Part shown: piece after piece, positions 1 to 12,671 of the stretch
Layout of the letters: the number at the start of each line of letters is the position of its first letter
Position numbering within the stretch: the stretch's first letter is position 1
NCBI GenBank assembly: GCA_000708835.1
Contig: DF237322.1
Coordinates: forward strand, 1-64,000
Length of the DNA: 64,000 bases
Direction of reading: 5' to 3'
Source of the DNA: Klebsormidium nitens
Lineage: Eukaryota > Plantae > Klebsormidiophyceae
Program-made: the position numbers and the translations under genes
The notes under the pieces: model-generated
The model's database searches: none
What the model was told of the DNA's origin: nothing
What the model saw: the letters and a program-made list of their open reading frames with translations, nothing else

Positions 1-121
1 ACGATTCTTTCCTCCCGATAGTCGAGGCTGAGTGCCGCAATGGACTCGCCGGCGCAGGTCTAGGTTCAATGGATGCAGCTTGGGGCAATACATGCGGTAG
101 GCACATCGCCTGCAGGAGTTG

Positions 122-3100
122 ATGTCGCAGCTGGCGCTGAGCGCTGGCCAGGAGCTGATCATCATGGCGCTAGCAGCTGCTAGTAGTGTGGAGCTAGCAG
201 GCTACAAAGCTGCAGATCCGGATGTGGATGATAGTTCTGGTGTGCTAATAGACACTGCAGACGAGAGGCGGAAAAGTTTCGCTTCCGAGGGCAGTGAACC
301 TCAAGGCGAGGAGGACAAATGGACGTCCATTTTCAGCTCCGGGCAAGAGGACCCGCAGTGGGCTCGTCTGGAGAGAGGCATCATCCATCCGCACAGCAGG
401 AAGTGAGTCAGGTTCATTTGGCAATTCTGGGTGCATCTTTTGCTTGTACCGAGGTGCTAATCAAGTAGAACTCAAAATTATTTCAGGAATTGGTAGGCAG
501 ACAGCGGTAACATGTCTGCTTAGGAAGTGTTCTGGACATTTGAGAAAGTAAGTTGCTAGAGCATGAAATTGATAGTACGAGCCAGCTAATTATCCGATCG
601 GGGCACACAAAAGAGAGCCCGTCAACTGCGCTATCATGCTTCTCAAAATCTGCCACCATTGAACAAACCCGTCAACATCAAATTCTCAACCGAATCGGCA
701 GAAGCCTTGAAAAGGTGCATTGGGAGCTAACGGGCAACACAGTGAAATGCGCCTCACCTTGCAGGTACACCATCTGGTCAGGAGTCAACGCGGTGCTTGT
801 GGCGTACTGGACCTTTGCAAGTAGGCATCGGGCTCCACCACTCATTCCCAATCTAAAAGTAGACGCACCGACACAAGTGTGGCGCTTGTAATATAGCTGC
901 CTCATCAAGCTGAACAGCTTAACCTGTTGATCAGGGGGTCACTCATCCTGGCACACTAAGGTGGATCCCTGTGGATAGCGCACTGCAGAATTACAATTGG
1001 GGAAAACAGTATCACGCTGGTAGAATCTCATGAAACCCATCACTTTTTACTTGATATTACTTGGATGAAAATTGATCGGTCTTGCTTTCAAACTGCAGAC
1101 TGACAGGTGCACATTTTCAATAGCTGACAGTCAACGTTGTCCCCTATGCAGCCTGGCTCATCTGGGGTTTCATTGGCCGGCCCTCCCTTGCGCTGGTCGT
1201 GGTACAGGCCGTTATCTCATGCTTCTTTGGACTGGACATCTTTGTCCGCTTCCGCGTCTCCTACTTGGACACCAAAACATTGACATGGGTCCAGGACCCC
1301 AACAAGATTGCTAAGAGGTAAGCGGAAGAGGAACTAGCGGGTTCGCCAGGGCCTCCCGAATCTTACGTATATCGAGAGTCATTGCGTCAATTGGTGCCAC
1401 CTGCGCAGATTGCCTGACAACAAACTCCGTACTTGGTGGCTGTATTACATTGCATTACATTACGCTTTCCCTTGGACCTTGGTCTGGACAATTGTGCTCT
1501 GGTCCGATGGGTTGATATATCACCCTTGGCCCCTCGAATTGCAATCGGAGGTCTTTTTATTGTTGCAGGTACCTGTTGCGGGGCTTTTTGTTTGACGCCC
1601 TGTCCATCCTCCCCATCGACCTGGTGTTTTACATTGCCAGCAGTCACTCCGCGGAGGGCTACTTGGGGGACTGGCTGCGCACCCTGGCCCTCCTGCGCAT
1701 GGTCCGCCTCACCGACACCTTCAACTTCTTTGCCAGGTCCGTTGTCATCGCCACATCCTTTGATAAAAAGAACCTCACTAGCACCAGAACTCTGTCCTCT
1801 GTGTGCTTCAGAGGGCGCAAATGGCTGCTTAATGAGCTATGCTGGTCACCCTGCAGCCCCTTGAAGATTCAACTGTTGGCAGTACAAGCCCCAAATTGCA
1901 TGCCGGTGACGAGTCTCCACTGCTAACGACTGTTTGTTGCTATAGAAGTTTGTTGCCCTGCCACTATCAAGCTTACTACAAGCTATCTGTGCTAATGAAA
2001 GCGCTTGGAATTTGCAGGTTCGAGAAGGATGGGCAGTCCGTGTACAAAAGCCTGAAGTTTTTCAAATTGGGAATGGTAAGCTATTTGTTCCATTCAACTC
2101 AACTGCCAATCCTTAAAGCTTGCCGTATATCACGGCCAGCCAACACACCGCCGCTCATTGTCAAGCCGATGTTTCAGAGGCCAAGCGTACAAAAATGAAA
2201 AGACCACTGATGATCTCTGGGGATCTGTTGCGTATTGACAACGTGCATCACCCTGCGCTTATTGCTCTTCGCCCTTCCGCTTGGCTGATAAGCCATCTCC
2301 TCCAGAGGCCCTCCCGTTGCATTCTCGCTTACCTTGCTCCTCCTTTTCCCAGCTGGTATTCCTATCCGCGCACATTGCCGCGTGCATGCTGTGGTTCATC
2401 TGTCGCCAGGAGGTGCGCCACAGCGGCGACCCCACCGGCTGCATGTTTGGCGCCACGAGCGAGGACTGGCAGCAGTGGCCGCTCTACAAGAAGTGGGTCA
2501 CCTCCTTCTACTGGTCCGTGCTCACCGTCTCCAGCATCGGCTACGGGGACTACATGCCAGTGAGTCAAACACTCTGCCTAAGCTGGGGAAACTTAAGCAG
2601 CGGTTCACGCTTCTGGAATGTCCCTCACTTGTGGAGAGTACTGCCGTAGACTCGAAGAGCTAGGCGTCTTGCGAGTTTTATTGCATCCCCCTGTTCTTGT
2701 ATGGTGCACCAGAATGTAGCGTGCTGCACGTTGCTGGCGAGGCAAGAGCCAACCAACTCAGTCGCTTGCTTTTTGTGTTTGCAGGTCACCCAGTTTGAGC
2801 GCCTCGTGGTGTGCGCATATGAGATCTTTGGGCTGGGAGTGGTAAGCGATGAAACGGCCCACGTGCTCCCGCTCTTGCGTAGCCTCGTTTGCACCACAGA
2901 CGAGTTACAGCGCAACCAAGGTGGCTATGAACGTCTAGGCAAAACCTCGTCACCTTCGAATGATGCAATGTGTCTCTGCTCGAGACTTTTGGCTACAAAG
3001 CAGGCGGTGCGGCCATCCCGTTTGCGATTCCAGCAGAGTCATCACCGCATAACGTCGACTGACTGACGCAGTTTACCCCGCCCCCTGCAGCTTTCGTACT

Positions 3101-6100
3101 GTTTGGGCTCCATGGAGGTGATGCTGGTCCGAGAAACGGACAGGACGGGCCGCTACGTAAGGCTGTCCATGCCAATTCAAGGCCTTCAGATGTTGCAACA
3201 CGAGTCCCTTCGTAGGGTCTGAGATTTGAACAGCCCTGCCGTATCCATTCCGCTGGGAAAGAATGTGCCGAACTTTGTTGCGACATCAATGTGCGATTTG
3301 GGATATCAGGGTGTATTCTGCATCCAGCTCTCCATTCGGCTGTTCAGCAGTTCGAGCAACGCTACCATACTGAGTCGTCAAGCCGACTCAAGGGGTCGAA
3401 GCACACTGCCCTTGCAGGGGCTTCCACAACAACGTGCCCTCTCACAGGGCTGACATCACCTTTCTCTTTGCTGCCCAGCACGACAAGGTGCGCGCGCTGA
3501 ACGACTACGCGCTGCGCAAGTCGCTGCCGGGCGCGCTCAAGGGCGCACTGAAGCAGCACCTGGTGCTGGAAATGGCAGTGGACAAGGTGCGCCCCGACGT
3601 GCTGAACGCGTTCCCGCACCACCTCAAGGCCAAGGTGCTGCGCAGCCAGTACAAGGACCTCGTCGCGCGCACCGCGCTCTTCCACGGCACCTCCCCGCAA
3701 TTCCTGGACCAGGTGGTGAGAGCACAATAACGAAATCCCCGAATGATTCGCCCCTGGAAGCAATGAAAGGTCATCAGCGGGCTTCGCGTGTTTGTCTGGC
3801 GTTGCGAGCGTGACGAAAATGCTCAGAGGGCTCTTTCAACGCGTCGAAGAAGCGAGTCTGCAAGAAACGAAACTCTGTGAGTGATGTATTGGCTTCAGCT
3901 TCGATGCCTTCTCACAGGAAGCCCTTGATCAATGCCCGCAGCAATGTCTTCGCCTCTTCTATTGTCAGGGGCGTTGTATACCTCGCTGAAGCGTCACTCA
4001 CCAGCGTTGGTCATCTGTGGACGCTAGTCGTCACATTGACCAACCCAAAGGAGCCTTCTCTCTTGCGCTGCTCCTTCCCGTTGATCGACCTCCGCCCCCG
4101 GTTGCTGTGCGCCAGGTGGGCGAGATGTCGTTGGAGATCCAGCTGCCCAACACGGCGGTCGTGACGGCCGGGGACGTGGCGGAGAGCCTGTACGTCGTGG
4201 TCCGCGGGACACTCACCAGGGAGACCGCCGCGGGGCAGCCCGTGGTGAGATGCGTGGGCACAACTTTGTGCAACCCAGCCTTGCTCAGCTCTGTCAGAAA
4301 AGTTCGCCGTCACCGCTTGTCGTAGCTGTGTCCAGAGATGGGGCTTCAAAATACACTGCTGAGATTGTCAGAAGTGAACTGCGTGTCTCTGTTTTCGAAC
4401 CTCCGGCTCGGGCCCATTGAAAGCAAGGACAAACACGTGCTTTTGGACGAAGCGTTCGATACGTCCCTGCGTGGTATCTTTGAAACCCGTAAAGTGCGCA
4501 CCCAACGCATTGCCGACTGGCGCTGCAACATGTTGACCCCGCTTTCAAATGGGCCCGAGCGGAGCTTCGTTTATCCACTTGCATTGCATTTCTTCTGGGT
4601 TTTGCGTTCTTGAGCGACCCCGCACCTTTCCCTGATGCGAATGGCGCCACGTGGCAGGCCGGCAGCGGCGCGCTGGGCGCGGGCGGATTGGTTAGCATTT
4701 GAGAACGGGTTGGAAGGAGTGCGCAAAGTCTTCATTTTCTTAAATCCTTCCGGTGCTTCGCAAATCAACTGTAATTTTCCTTTCCTTTTGGGTTTCCCAT
4801 TCGTGGGCGAATCGCAGCCTCCCCTGATGCGATCGGCACGACGTGGCCGCAGGCTGGCGGCGGCGCGCTGGGCGCGGGCGGCGTGTTCGGCAAGGTGGCG
4901 GTGCTGTACGCGGTGCCGCAGGTGGCCACGGTGCGCACGGCGGAGGTGTGCGAGCTGCTGCGCGTGGACAAGGCCACGCTCACGCGCATCCTGCGCGCGT
5001 ATCCCGAGGACAACCGCCACATGCTCGCCAACATGACGCGGGTCAGCGCCGAACGGGGCAGGAACTCAGGCTATACTCTGGTGACGTCGTCGTTGTCATT
5101 GATTGGAAAGGGTCGCAGGGACCGTCTGCAGCCAAGGATTTTGTAGTATGGGCTGATACCATGTTCATATTGAAGTGTTGGCACCCAGGACTAGGGGTTT
5201 GATCTTTTTACCCGCAGATCGTGATTGAACACACTTTTTAGTCGACTGCTCTACCGACCATCGTAGACAGCTTTCAGCGATTTGATAGTTGACCGCCGTC
5301 AATGGGGATTCGTCTCTCCACTCCAGGCGATACCAAAGGCTGCTTGTCCCCGGAAGTAAAACTTACGGAATGGGCTGCAGGAGTCATGCGGTAAGCGGGG
5401 AATAGCCCACGGATTGTCGAGACGGGTCCCTGATCAAGCCCACCCTGTCAAGGCACAAGAATATGGCTGATTGGTCAGCTCAACTCGCTGTCAATGCAAG
5501 GCGATAATGACATGGGTCCATTCAGACAGGGACTCAGACAGGGACTCATACCGGCTTCACATGCTGTCCACTTAACAGCATGCAACGCGCTCGAAGCAGC
5601 ACGCACCCTCTGACGCATCCCTTCCTCGCGTGCAGCGTGCGCAGGCAGCGCGCAGCGCGGGCGACGGCGCGCAGGGGCTCGCGGTGGAGCTGAGCAGCGT
5701 GCTGGAGGCGCAGGACGCGGAGGTGACGCGGCGGCTGTGCAACACGGCCGCGCGCGGCAACGCGGAGCGCCTGCGCGAGCTGCTCGTGGCGCCCGGCGCG
5801 AGCAACGGCGCGGACTACGACGGCAGGGCGCCGCTGCACTTCGCGGCGGCCGCGGGGCACGCGGGCTGCGTGGACGTGCTGGCCAAGGCGGGGGCCGACG
5901 TCAACGCGCAGGGTGAGCGGGGGTATTGAGAGTTAAGGAGGACACGTGCGTCATGGGCGGGTGCTTCAGCGGCCGCGGGAGCACGTTCTGTGCTGTTGCA
6001 TGTGTTCTACTGAGATTAGCCGCCTCCAAACTGGATGTTCCTTCTTTGAAAGGAAACACTCGCACGTCGAGGACAATCGTTGCAGCCCGCTAGTCGTGCC

Positions 6101-6840
6101 ACATCGTTGGGTACGTTAAGCGGTCGCCGTTTTCCCTGCCTGTTTGAGTCTCCCTGACTGGTTCCCTTCCCTTCGTCGCTCTCAGACCACCTGGGCCGCA
6201 CCCCGCTGTTGGAGGCGGTACTCGGTGGCCACGTGGAGTGCGTAGCCGCGCTGCGGGCGGCAGGGGCCGGGCTGAACCTGAAGGAGCCGGGGCGCACCTT
6301 GTGCCACGTGGTGGCCACAGGGGCCACCGTCAGCCTGGCCGCTCTGCTGGAGTGCGGCGCGGACCCCAATGCCACCAACTACGACGGGTGAGATTTGGAC
6401 AGCAGAGTACCTGGGTGGAAAGGTTGGGAAAAACGCTGCTTTGCTGAGCGCTACAGCAATTGAGTAGAATCGTGAGTCTTCTTGTTATCGGATTTGCCAT
6501 GTCAAGGGAGAACGGACTGCAGAGTAGGTCAAAGCACTCTGGTCGCTATTCGCTCTTATGCGAACGCGTGTGAGTGGAGGGCAACTTTCGACGAAACCGC
6601 GCTTAATCTCTTACTCGGAGATGCATTACTCGTCCGCTGTGCAGGCGGACTGCCTTACACGTGGCAGCTGTGAAGGGCGCGGAGGAGGCAGCCCAGCTGC
6701 TGCTGCACGCTGGGGCGGGTCCCCACGTGGCGCCAAAGGGAGTGCCGTCGCCGCGAGAGGAAGCCGAGGCTGCGGGGCAGACCAACCTTGTCCGTCTGTT
6801 CGATCAGGCAGGGGCCGGAATCGCTGCGCTTTCAGGTTGA
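122..6840 (+). CDS. Plant Shaker-type (AKT-like) K+ channel: 6 TM, pore, CNBD and ankyrin repeats; no KHA domain seen. The 5' start may lie upstream of the window.
   Basis: Exons joined at GT-AG sites: ~122-402, 765-820, ~1151-1317, 1569-1737, ~2018-2075, ~2353-2559, 2785-2841, ~3091-3156, 3479-3715, 4116-4244, 4853-5041, 5645-5912, 6186-6387, 6645-6840. Motifs: GIIHPHSRKYTIW, FFGLDIFVRFRVSYLD, S4 LALLRMVRL, pore FYWSVLTVSSIGYGD, C-linker, CNBD (FGKVAVLYAVPQVATVRT), and ankyrin repeats DYDGRAPLH, DHLGRTPL, NYDGRTALH. Confidence 0.93.
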
Positions 6841-8193
6841 GGCGTCTTGACGACGGAAAAAGCGGAACGAACTCCGAGCCAGACTCCCCTCATAAGATTC
6901 GTGAAATGCAGAGATAGATTCTACGGAACTCTTCGTGATCCAGCTGTAACCTTATTGTCTCATAGATTTTTGCACTGAGTGTAATCTAAAAGGGAAGGCG
7001 AGTTCGCCGTGTGTCACTTTTGATTGTTGCTTTGAACAAGCAATTGAAAGGCATTGAGCCTTGAGCCTCCAGGTTGCTGAAAGGTAGAAGAGCTGCATCA
7101 GCAGACAATCTAGACTCTTCGACGAGTCTGCCCTTCACAGACGAGCAACTGCTGACAAACTTGCTTTAGCACGTTTATCGGATAGCAGCATCTCGCTAGT
7201 TGATGATCGACTTTAGGCGTTTTGTACTGTAAACAGACCTGGGCCAGTTGTTCAATTCGCTGATGGAAGCGGCACGTGCATAGGCAGTGCAAAGCAAGTG
7301 ACAACGTGCATGTGTATATTTTCATTTTACAGCGCGATCTTAGAGCGAGAATTAGTCCTCCCAACTTGGAATATGCATTGATCATCAATCTTGTCTGTAC
7401 CAAGCTCCACGATGAGAAGCTGCTAACAATGATCGATGCCAGTGGGGTTGTAGCGCTATGCAGAGTATCATATCGAGCGCGAATGATTGGTACTCGTGTC
7501 AAGCATACAGCTATGCAATTGAAGAAGAAAGGTACGACCAAATGCAGCTCAGTAGTACATATCACGCATAAGCACGTACACGTACAGAACGACTTGCGTT
7601 CTGATTAGCTATAGCTACATATACCAACCAGAGACTCGATCATGTATGCCATGAATTGTAGCCTACGGCTGAAGATATACTGTAAGCGAAAAGACCTTTA
7701 TCTAATTACTCGATCGAGCTAGATCATGCATCATGGGTTGCTAGCTTGGCGGCTGGCAGAGTAGACAATTTTAAAACTCTGCCCTCGATCTCCGCGAGCC
7801 TTCACTTTCGTACCCTATCGTATTTGTATGAGGCTGGCGATCAATGCGCTACACAGAATCATGACGAACATGAGTCACCAATGCAGCAGTCACTGGAATG
7901 AGCGCAGCAGCCTCAGTTGGGCGCGGTCCTGTTTCAGACTTGTATCGAGTGAAAGTCAGATAACGTCGCGGAAAGGACATGACAAATTCAGGAATGGTTC
8001 TGTCAATATGCGAGTGAACGCGGAGCTCTTTGCATGCCGCAAACGGCCAAATTTGCCGTCATCAAAGAATTAGCTGGCTGATAAACGTAACAAAAGAATG
8101 CAATATCCTGCATGTTGATCCAGTTATGGTACATCTTTCTCCTCGCAAGATAAATGACCATTCTAAGCAACCATGGCGAAAAAGTGCAGTTAC

Positions 8194-11100
8194 TCATAAG
8201 TCATGTTTCTCGAAAAATTCTCGAACCTTGTCTAGCGCTCTTCTTCTGTGAGAGATCTTGTTCTTTTCCTCCTTTGGCATCTCAGCATACCTGCAAGCGA
8301 GAAGGCAGGGGCCCGGAGCATACTACACGTTTAAAAAACAGAAAGTTGAGGCGCCTCTTTCTAAAACCCCTGAGCTTTCCGCTTCTGTGGTCAATACCGG
8401 CGCCCAAGTCAAGCTTGTAAAGAGATCTTCGAGGTTGAATGAGTCAAGCTTGGCGCTCTTTGCCGTCGTTTCTAGACAAAATCTCTGAGCAAGGCGCAAC
8501 TTGGAGCACGTCTGCAGCAGCCCTTCTCGTTGAAAAGGGCCCCATGCTTCCTTTATGGGCTCGAACCGTTCACGGCGGCTCGAACTCGAAAACCATTTTA
8601 ACCAGTCTCGAACGTTTATCGAACATGGTGCAGCCCCCTTCCGTTCCCAAATCACAGACTACCTTTGCATCCAAGCCTGCATCTCGGTCCTTACTGAAAT
8701 GCGCCCCCATGTTATCGAGAGTTTTTGTGGTAGTTCAGTGAGAGGATCGATAACGCGACTCGGTATCTTTCCAGCATAACCGACTGGCTTCCTGATGGAT
8801 TCCTGACGTCGAGTCATCCGCGTCGGCATCGGTCCATTTTGAAGCCAAGGGCAACTTACGTGAGGTCATAGCCGTCGGGTTGGAAGATTGGGTCCCATCC
8901 AAAGTCTCCTGGTCCCCTCGCTGGAACCACGACACCCTGCAGAGCACATGTTCCTGTGAAGCGACCTCGAGGCTCAAGCAGTTGAGCAGCTCAACCCCAT
9001 ATCCTTCGATGACTATACACAACGACTTGCTGAAGCGGCTTGTCTCAACACGACTTGCAGACGTCATTCACTTCAATGTTTGCTCAAGTCCTATCTACCA
9101 CGAGCTGTTCTTCTCAAATACCTTTCCCTCCTCCCTGTTTCTCTAACTAAAACAAAAGTGCCACAAGGGGTGGGGCCGAACTTTCCTCAGATGCTCACGT
9201 GCGTTTTGCCGGTGAAAGTGATGGGTTCGCTGTCGGCGTCCATTGCGAAGGAAAAGATGCACATGGCGTAGGCGGATTTGTCGTCGTATGCCAGCAATAA
9301 GTTGTTCAAGCCTGCCATTCACCAGAAACAGATGGGGTAAGCGGCGAGACTAGGTCGAGGCAGGCGCCTACGAACATGTGACCCTACGGAGAACAAGCGA
9401 GGAGAAAACGCCAGCACTTTGGCGGGGCTTGAATGAGTAACTAACCTACGAATCCTACTCGAAAACGTACAACGGTTTCGAGACTTTCTTGCCGTTTTTC
9501 TTTCACCCTCTTGCGGTTGCTCGCAATCAAGTATTGACCGACGTCTGGAAATTCGAACGACAGAGTGTTTGTGCAGGAGCCCCAAACACCAGCGGCCCGA
9601 ATGACCGAATTGAGGCATCGACTGGACTTTTAAGCCGCTGAGGATGTCTCTGCAACGCAGCACGTCCTTCGCAGAATGTCTTGACATCCGACATGCCATG
9701 TCAAAGTTCAGCAGCTCGGGAAAGGCAATGACTCGGTTCAAAAATCGAGGCGTTCGTTTTCAAAATTTCCTGAGAACCTGTCCATAAGGCCTGCTCGACA
9801 GTTTTCGTAAAGAAGTGCAGAGCCACATGATTACGACCGGGTAAGCTCGAAAACCAAGCGATATTTGCTTTTGCAAGGATTCGCAAGAAAAAGCCGATTT
9901 TTGAGGAGGTGTTCAAGAGGAGAAGGCGGATGTGGGTAGTCCGATCAGAGTCACATCTTTCTGCCTAAACGTTGAGCTTCGCTTACCTTCGTGACCGGTC
10001 TTTTGTAGGAACCATTTACTGCACGGTCCAAAGCATGCGTTCAGAAAATCGAAGAGACGTTTGTTAAGGCAGAACGTTTCTACATCTGATACCACTAGCA
10101 GCTTTTGAGCTGCTGCTTTTCAAAGCAACCATGCTGTGGCACCTGGCGGAGAGGAGACCACACGACATGGTAACACTGCTTCGATACTTCCAGCACATAC
10201 TTGTGAACGCTTGAGCCCAGCTTGATGGCCCTACGCAGGTCATGCAGAGCCCGTTCGATTCAAGACAGAAGTGGCAAGCGGGACTCACACATACGGGCCA
10301 GGCAGACCGTTCAGCGCGTTGTAGCAGAGGCATGTGTCCTCTACCAGGGTGGGACCTTGCACCTGCTATGGAGGGCAAACCAGGGAACATAAGCTATGAA
10401 CATTTGATTGCATTCTGTGCCATGTATACTAGTGCTATGTCAAACCTCCCTTTTCTTTGTTTTGAGCTTTCCAGCTGTGCGGCACGGACACCACGTACTA
10501 TGACTATGTGCAGCCGTACTATACACATGGATTGTATTGTTTTATTGTACGTGGTGTCCGTCGCAGTTAGTTGTTTCCTCCGAGTAATTGTAGTTCAGCC
10601 CGATGATTCTCGCACCTTCAGCTTCAAGATTCGCTGGAGCAGGCAGAGGGCAAGCAGGAGAGGGGTAGCACATCCTTCAAACTTCATCAGCAGGGAAGAA
10701 CGCAACTTCCCAACCGCCTCCTGTGGTAAGAAGACTCTGCAAGAGGGAAGGAAGTCTAGCCTACCTGCCTAGCGGCGATTCTACACTTTTCCTTTGAGAT
10801 CTCCTCAGGTTCGCCCTGCAACTCTGGCACTGCAGCAAGAAGGCACTGAAGAAAGTTCAGGGTCCACCAACTACTCCTCAAGATGGAGATTCAAAATAAT
10901 ATGTCAGACATTGAGAGTCATGTTGATCACTAACAAAATAACAATCTTTCTTGAGAAGACATCAGAATCCTGTCACAACAATACAGTGACGAACTTTGCA
11001 TGTTCTCGAACTTTTTTGCCCCGAATTGTTGTCTTCATAACCTGAACCTTGCGGGTCCTCCACGTGTTACTCAAAATAGGAATGCCCGTCTAGGAGAATT

Positions 11101-11480
11101 GCAATTTACATGGATCAATGATCAAGCTTGGATCTTTCAATGGATCACCGACGAAGGATCACTCAGGGAAGGCTCAAAAGGACGACTGCCCATCTGTGTG
11201 TATAATCTTGATAGCCAGACATATCACATCTTGCAATCAAACATCCGCACTCCCATCGAATTCAAATGCTGGACTCACAGTCCAACTTCACGCTCTTGAA
11301 GGGTATCTTTCCCCCAATGATCGCCTTGACTTCCTCCAGTTTCTTGGCATTGCCCGTCACAAACGTCACAGGTTGCGCCAATTTGGCGGAGATGATGCGA
11401 TCTAGTGATCGTGTGGCCGTTGGCAGACTGGGTGCAGAGCCAAGTTTGCCCACCAGCTGAGCGCTGCTAGAGGCAGCCAT
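8194..11480 (-). CDS. ITPA: Inosine triphosphate pyrophosphatase (Ham1 family)
   Basis: Seven exons (11480-11279, ~10838-10766, ~10363-10286, ~10020-9988, ~9312-9198, ~8939-8865, 8290-8194). They give [79 protein letters not shown] and [15 protein letters not shown], which are diagnostic ITPase motifs. Confidence 0.96.
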
Positions 11481-12383
11481 GCCAATCGCTGTGCACCTGC
11501 ACCTGTTGCTCCGTGTTACCCTATAGGTGCAATGCTGAGGGCTGCAGAAAGCGAAAGTGCTGCAGAGGATCAACACACCAACTATATAAGATGAGATCTG
11601 AGTACCAGCAACTTTTGACAAGGACTACTTAGGTTGTAACGCCAATGGCTGTTTTTCAGCACTTCGCACATAAAAGAGCAAACTAACAGGTCAGAGCTTT
11701 TGATTGTCCCTTGCTAAGTTGGTGACGGCTGCGTTTATCTAAGCTGTAGTACAATTGAAATGGCATCTACTTCAGCCAAGCGCATGTCCTGCTAAGCATA
11801 CTCTGCGGCGTTGTTCGAGGAAATCAAGCTTTATAAATTCTCGCTTATACATGAATGATAAAAGAGCACGTATTGCATCTAGCATTCAAGATTATGTTGT
11901 AGCTGCAGCTCCTGCAATGCCAATGAGCGAAGCTGCCTGATGTTGATTCTTTTTGTGCCAGTCTGCAGCTGATCGACAGCTGGCAGGCTAGCTGGGTATC
12001 CAGGCTCGGACGGGCGGCCGCCCCTCGGCCGCGTATCGCTAGATCGCTATTCCTGAAGTCAACTGCTGAGCACTCCCTCAAGAAGTTGGGCCAAATGCGG
12101 CGCATGGGCATGATCATCAGATCACATGATGCAGTGATGGAGCAACTCTAACTTCCAAGGTACCAAGTCTGCTAACTCGAGTCCCATTGAATTGTCAAGA
12201 ACTCTAAGAGCTCTTCCAATGACATCCTGTGATAGGATCCTTGCCATCTTTTAGTCCCCTTTTAGTTCAAGTGGTAGTCAGCAGTCAGGAGCCAGCACAC
12301 AGCCAGCACAGCTTCCACCGAAGTGCCTGCAACTTTCCGGCACTAGTGGGCAACCGTTCACCAAGAGTGTTAGAGTGTTAGCA

Positions 12384-12671
12384 ATGGCGACCAGCTTTGT
12401 CCTGAACAACGTGGCCAGCGTGGACAAGTTCGTGGAGGTGTTCACCTCAGACGCTCATGACAGCTGGCGCAAGGAAAATGGCATCACGTCGTGGCGAATT
12501 TTCAAAGTTGCAGACGAGCCCAACAAGATTGCAATCATGGCCGAGTTTTCCAGCGCAGAGGCGCTCAAAAAGTATAGAGCCAACTCCAAGACCCGGGAGC
12601 ACATGGCCGGCGTGGGCATGCAGGGTCCGCCCACGTTTCTGGAGATGGAAACAATCAAGAAGAGCTCCTAA
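12384..12671 (+). CDS. Intronless 95-aa protein resembling bacterial dimeric alpha+beta barrel (ABM/'cyclase'-like) proteins
   Basis: ATG at 12384 and TAA at 12669-12671, with GC3-rich codon usage like the neighbouring exons. The pattern V..F.EVF......WRKENGI..WRIFK..DEPNKIAIMAEF.S.EAL..Y......RE.MA..G..GPP..LE matches my recollection of bacterial ~95-aa barrel proteins (not searched). Confidence 0.8.
   Translation: MATSFVLNNVASVDKFVEVFTSDAHDSWRKENGITSWRIFKVADEPNKIAIMAEFSSAEALKKYRANSKTREHMAGVGMQGPPTFLEMETIKKSS

Noticed and set aside
3434-3478. Apparent K+ channel peptide PSHRADITFLFAAQ at the start of ORF 3434-3730
   Set aside because: This is intron polypyrimidine tract. The phase-0 acceptor at 3478/3479 gives RTGRY|HDKVRAL, which aligns with Shaker C-linkers.
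7110-7608. 151-aa and 110-aa ORFs between the K+ channel and ITPase
   Set aside because: AT-rich, no host codon bias and no domain similarity; probably convergent 3' UTR or intergenic sequence.
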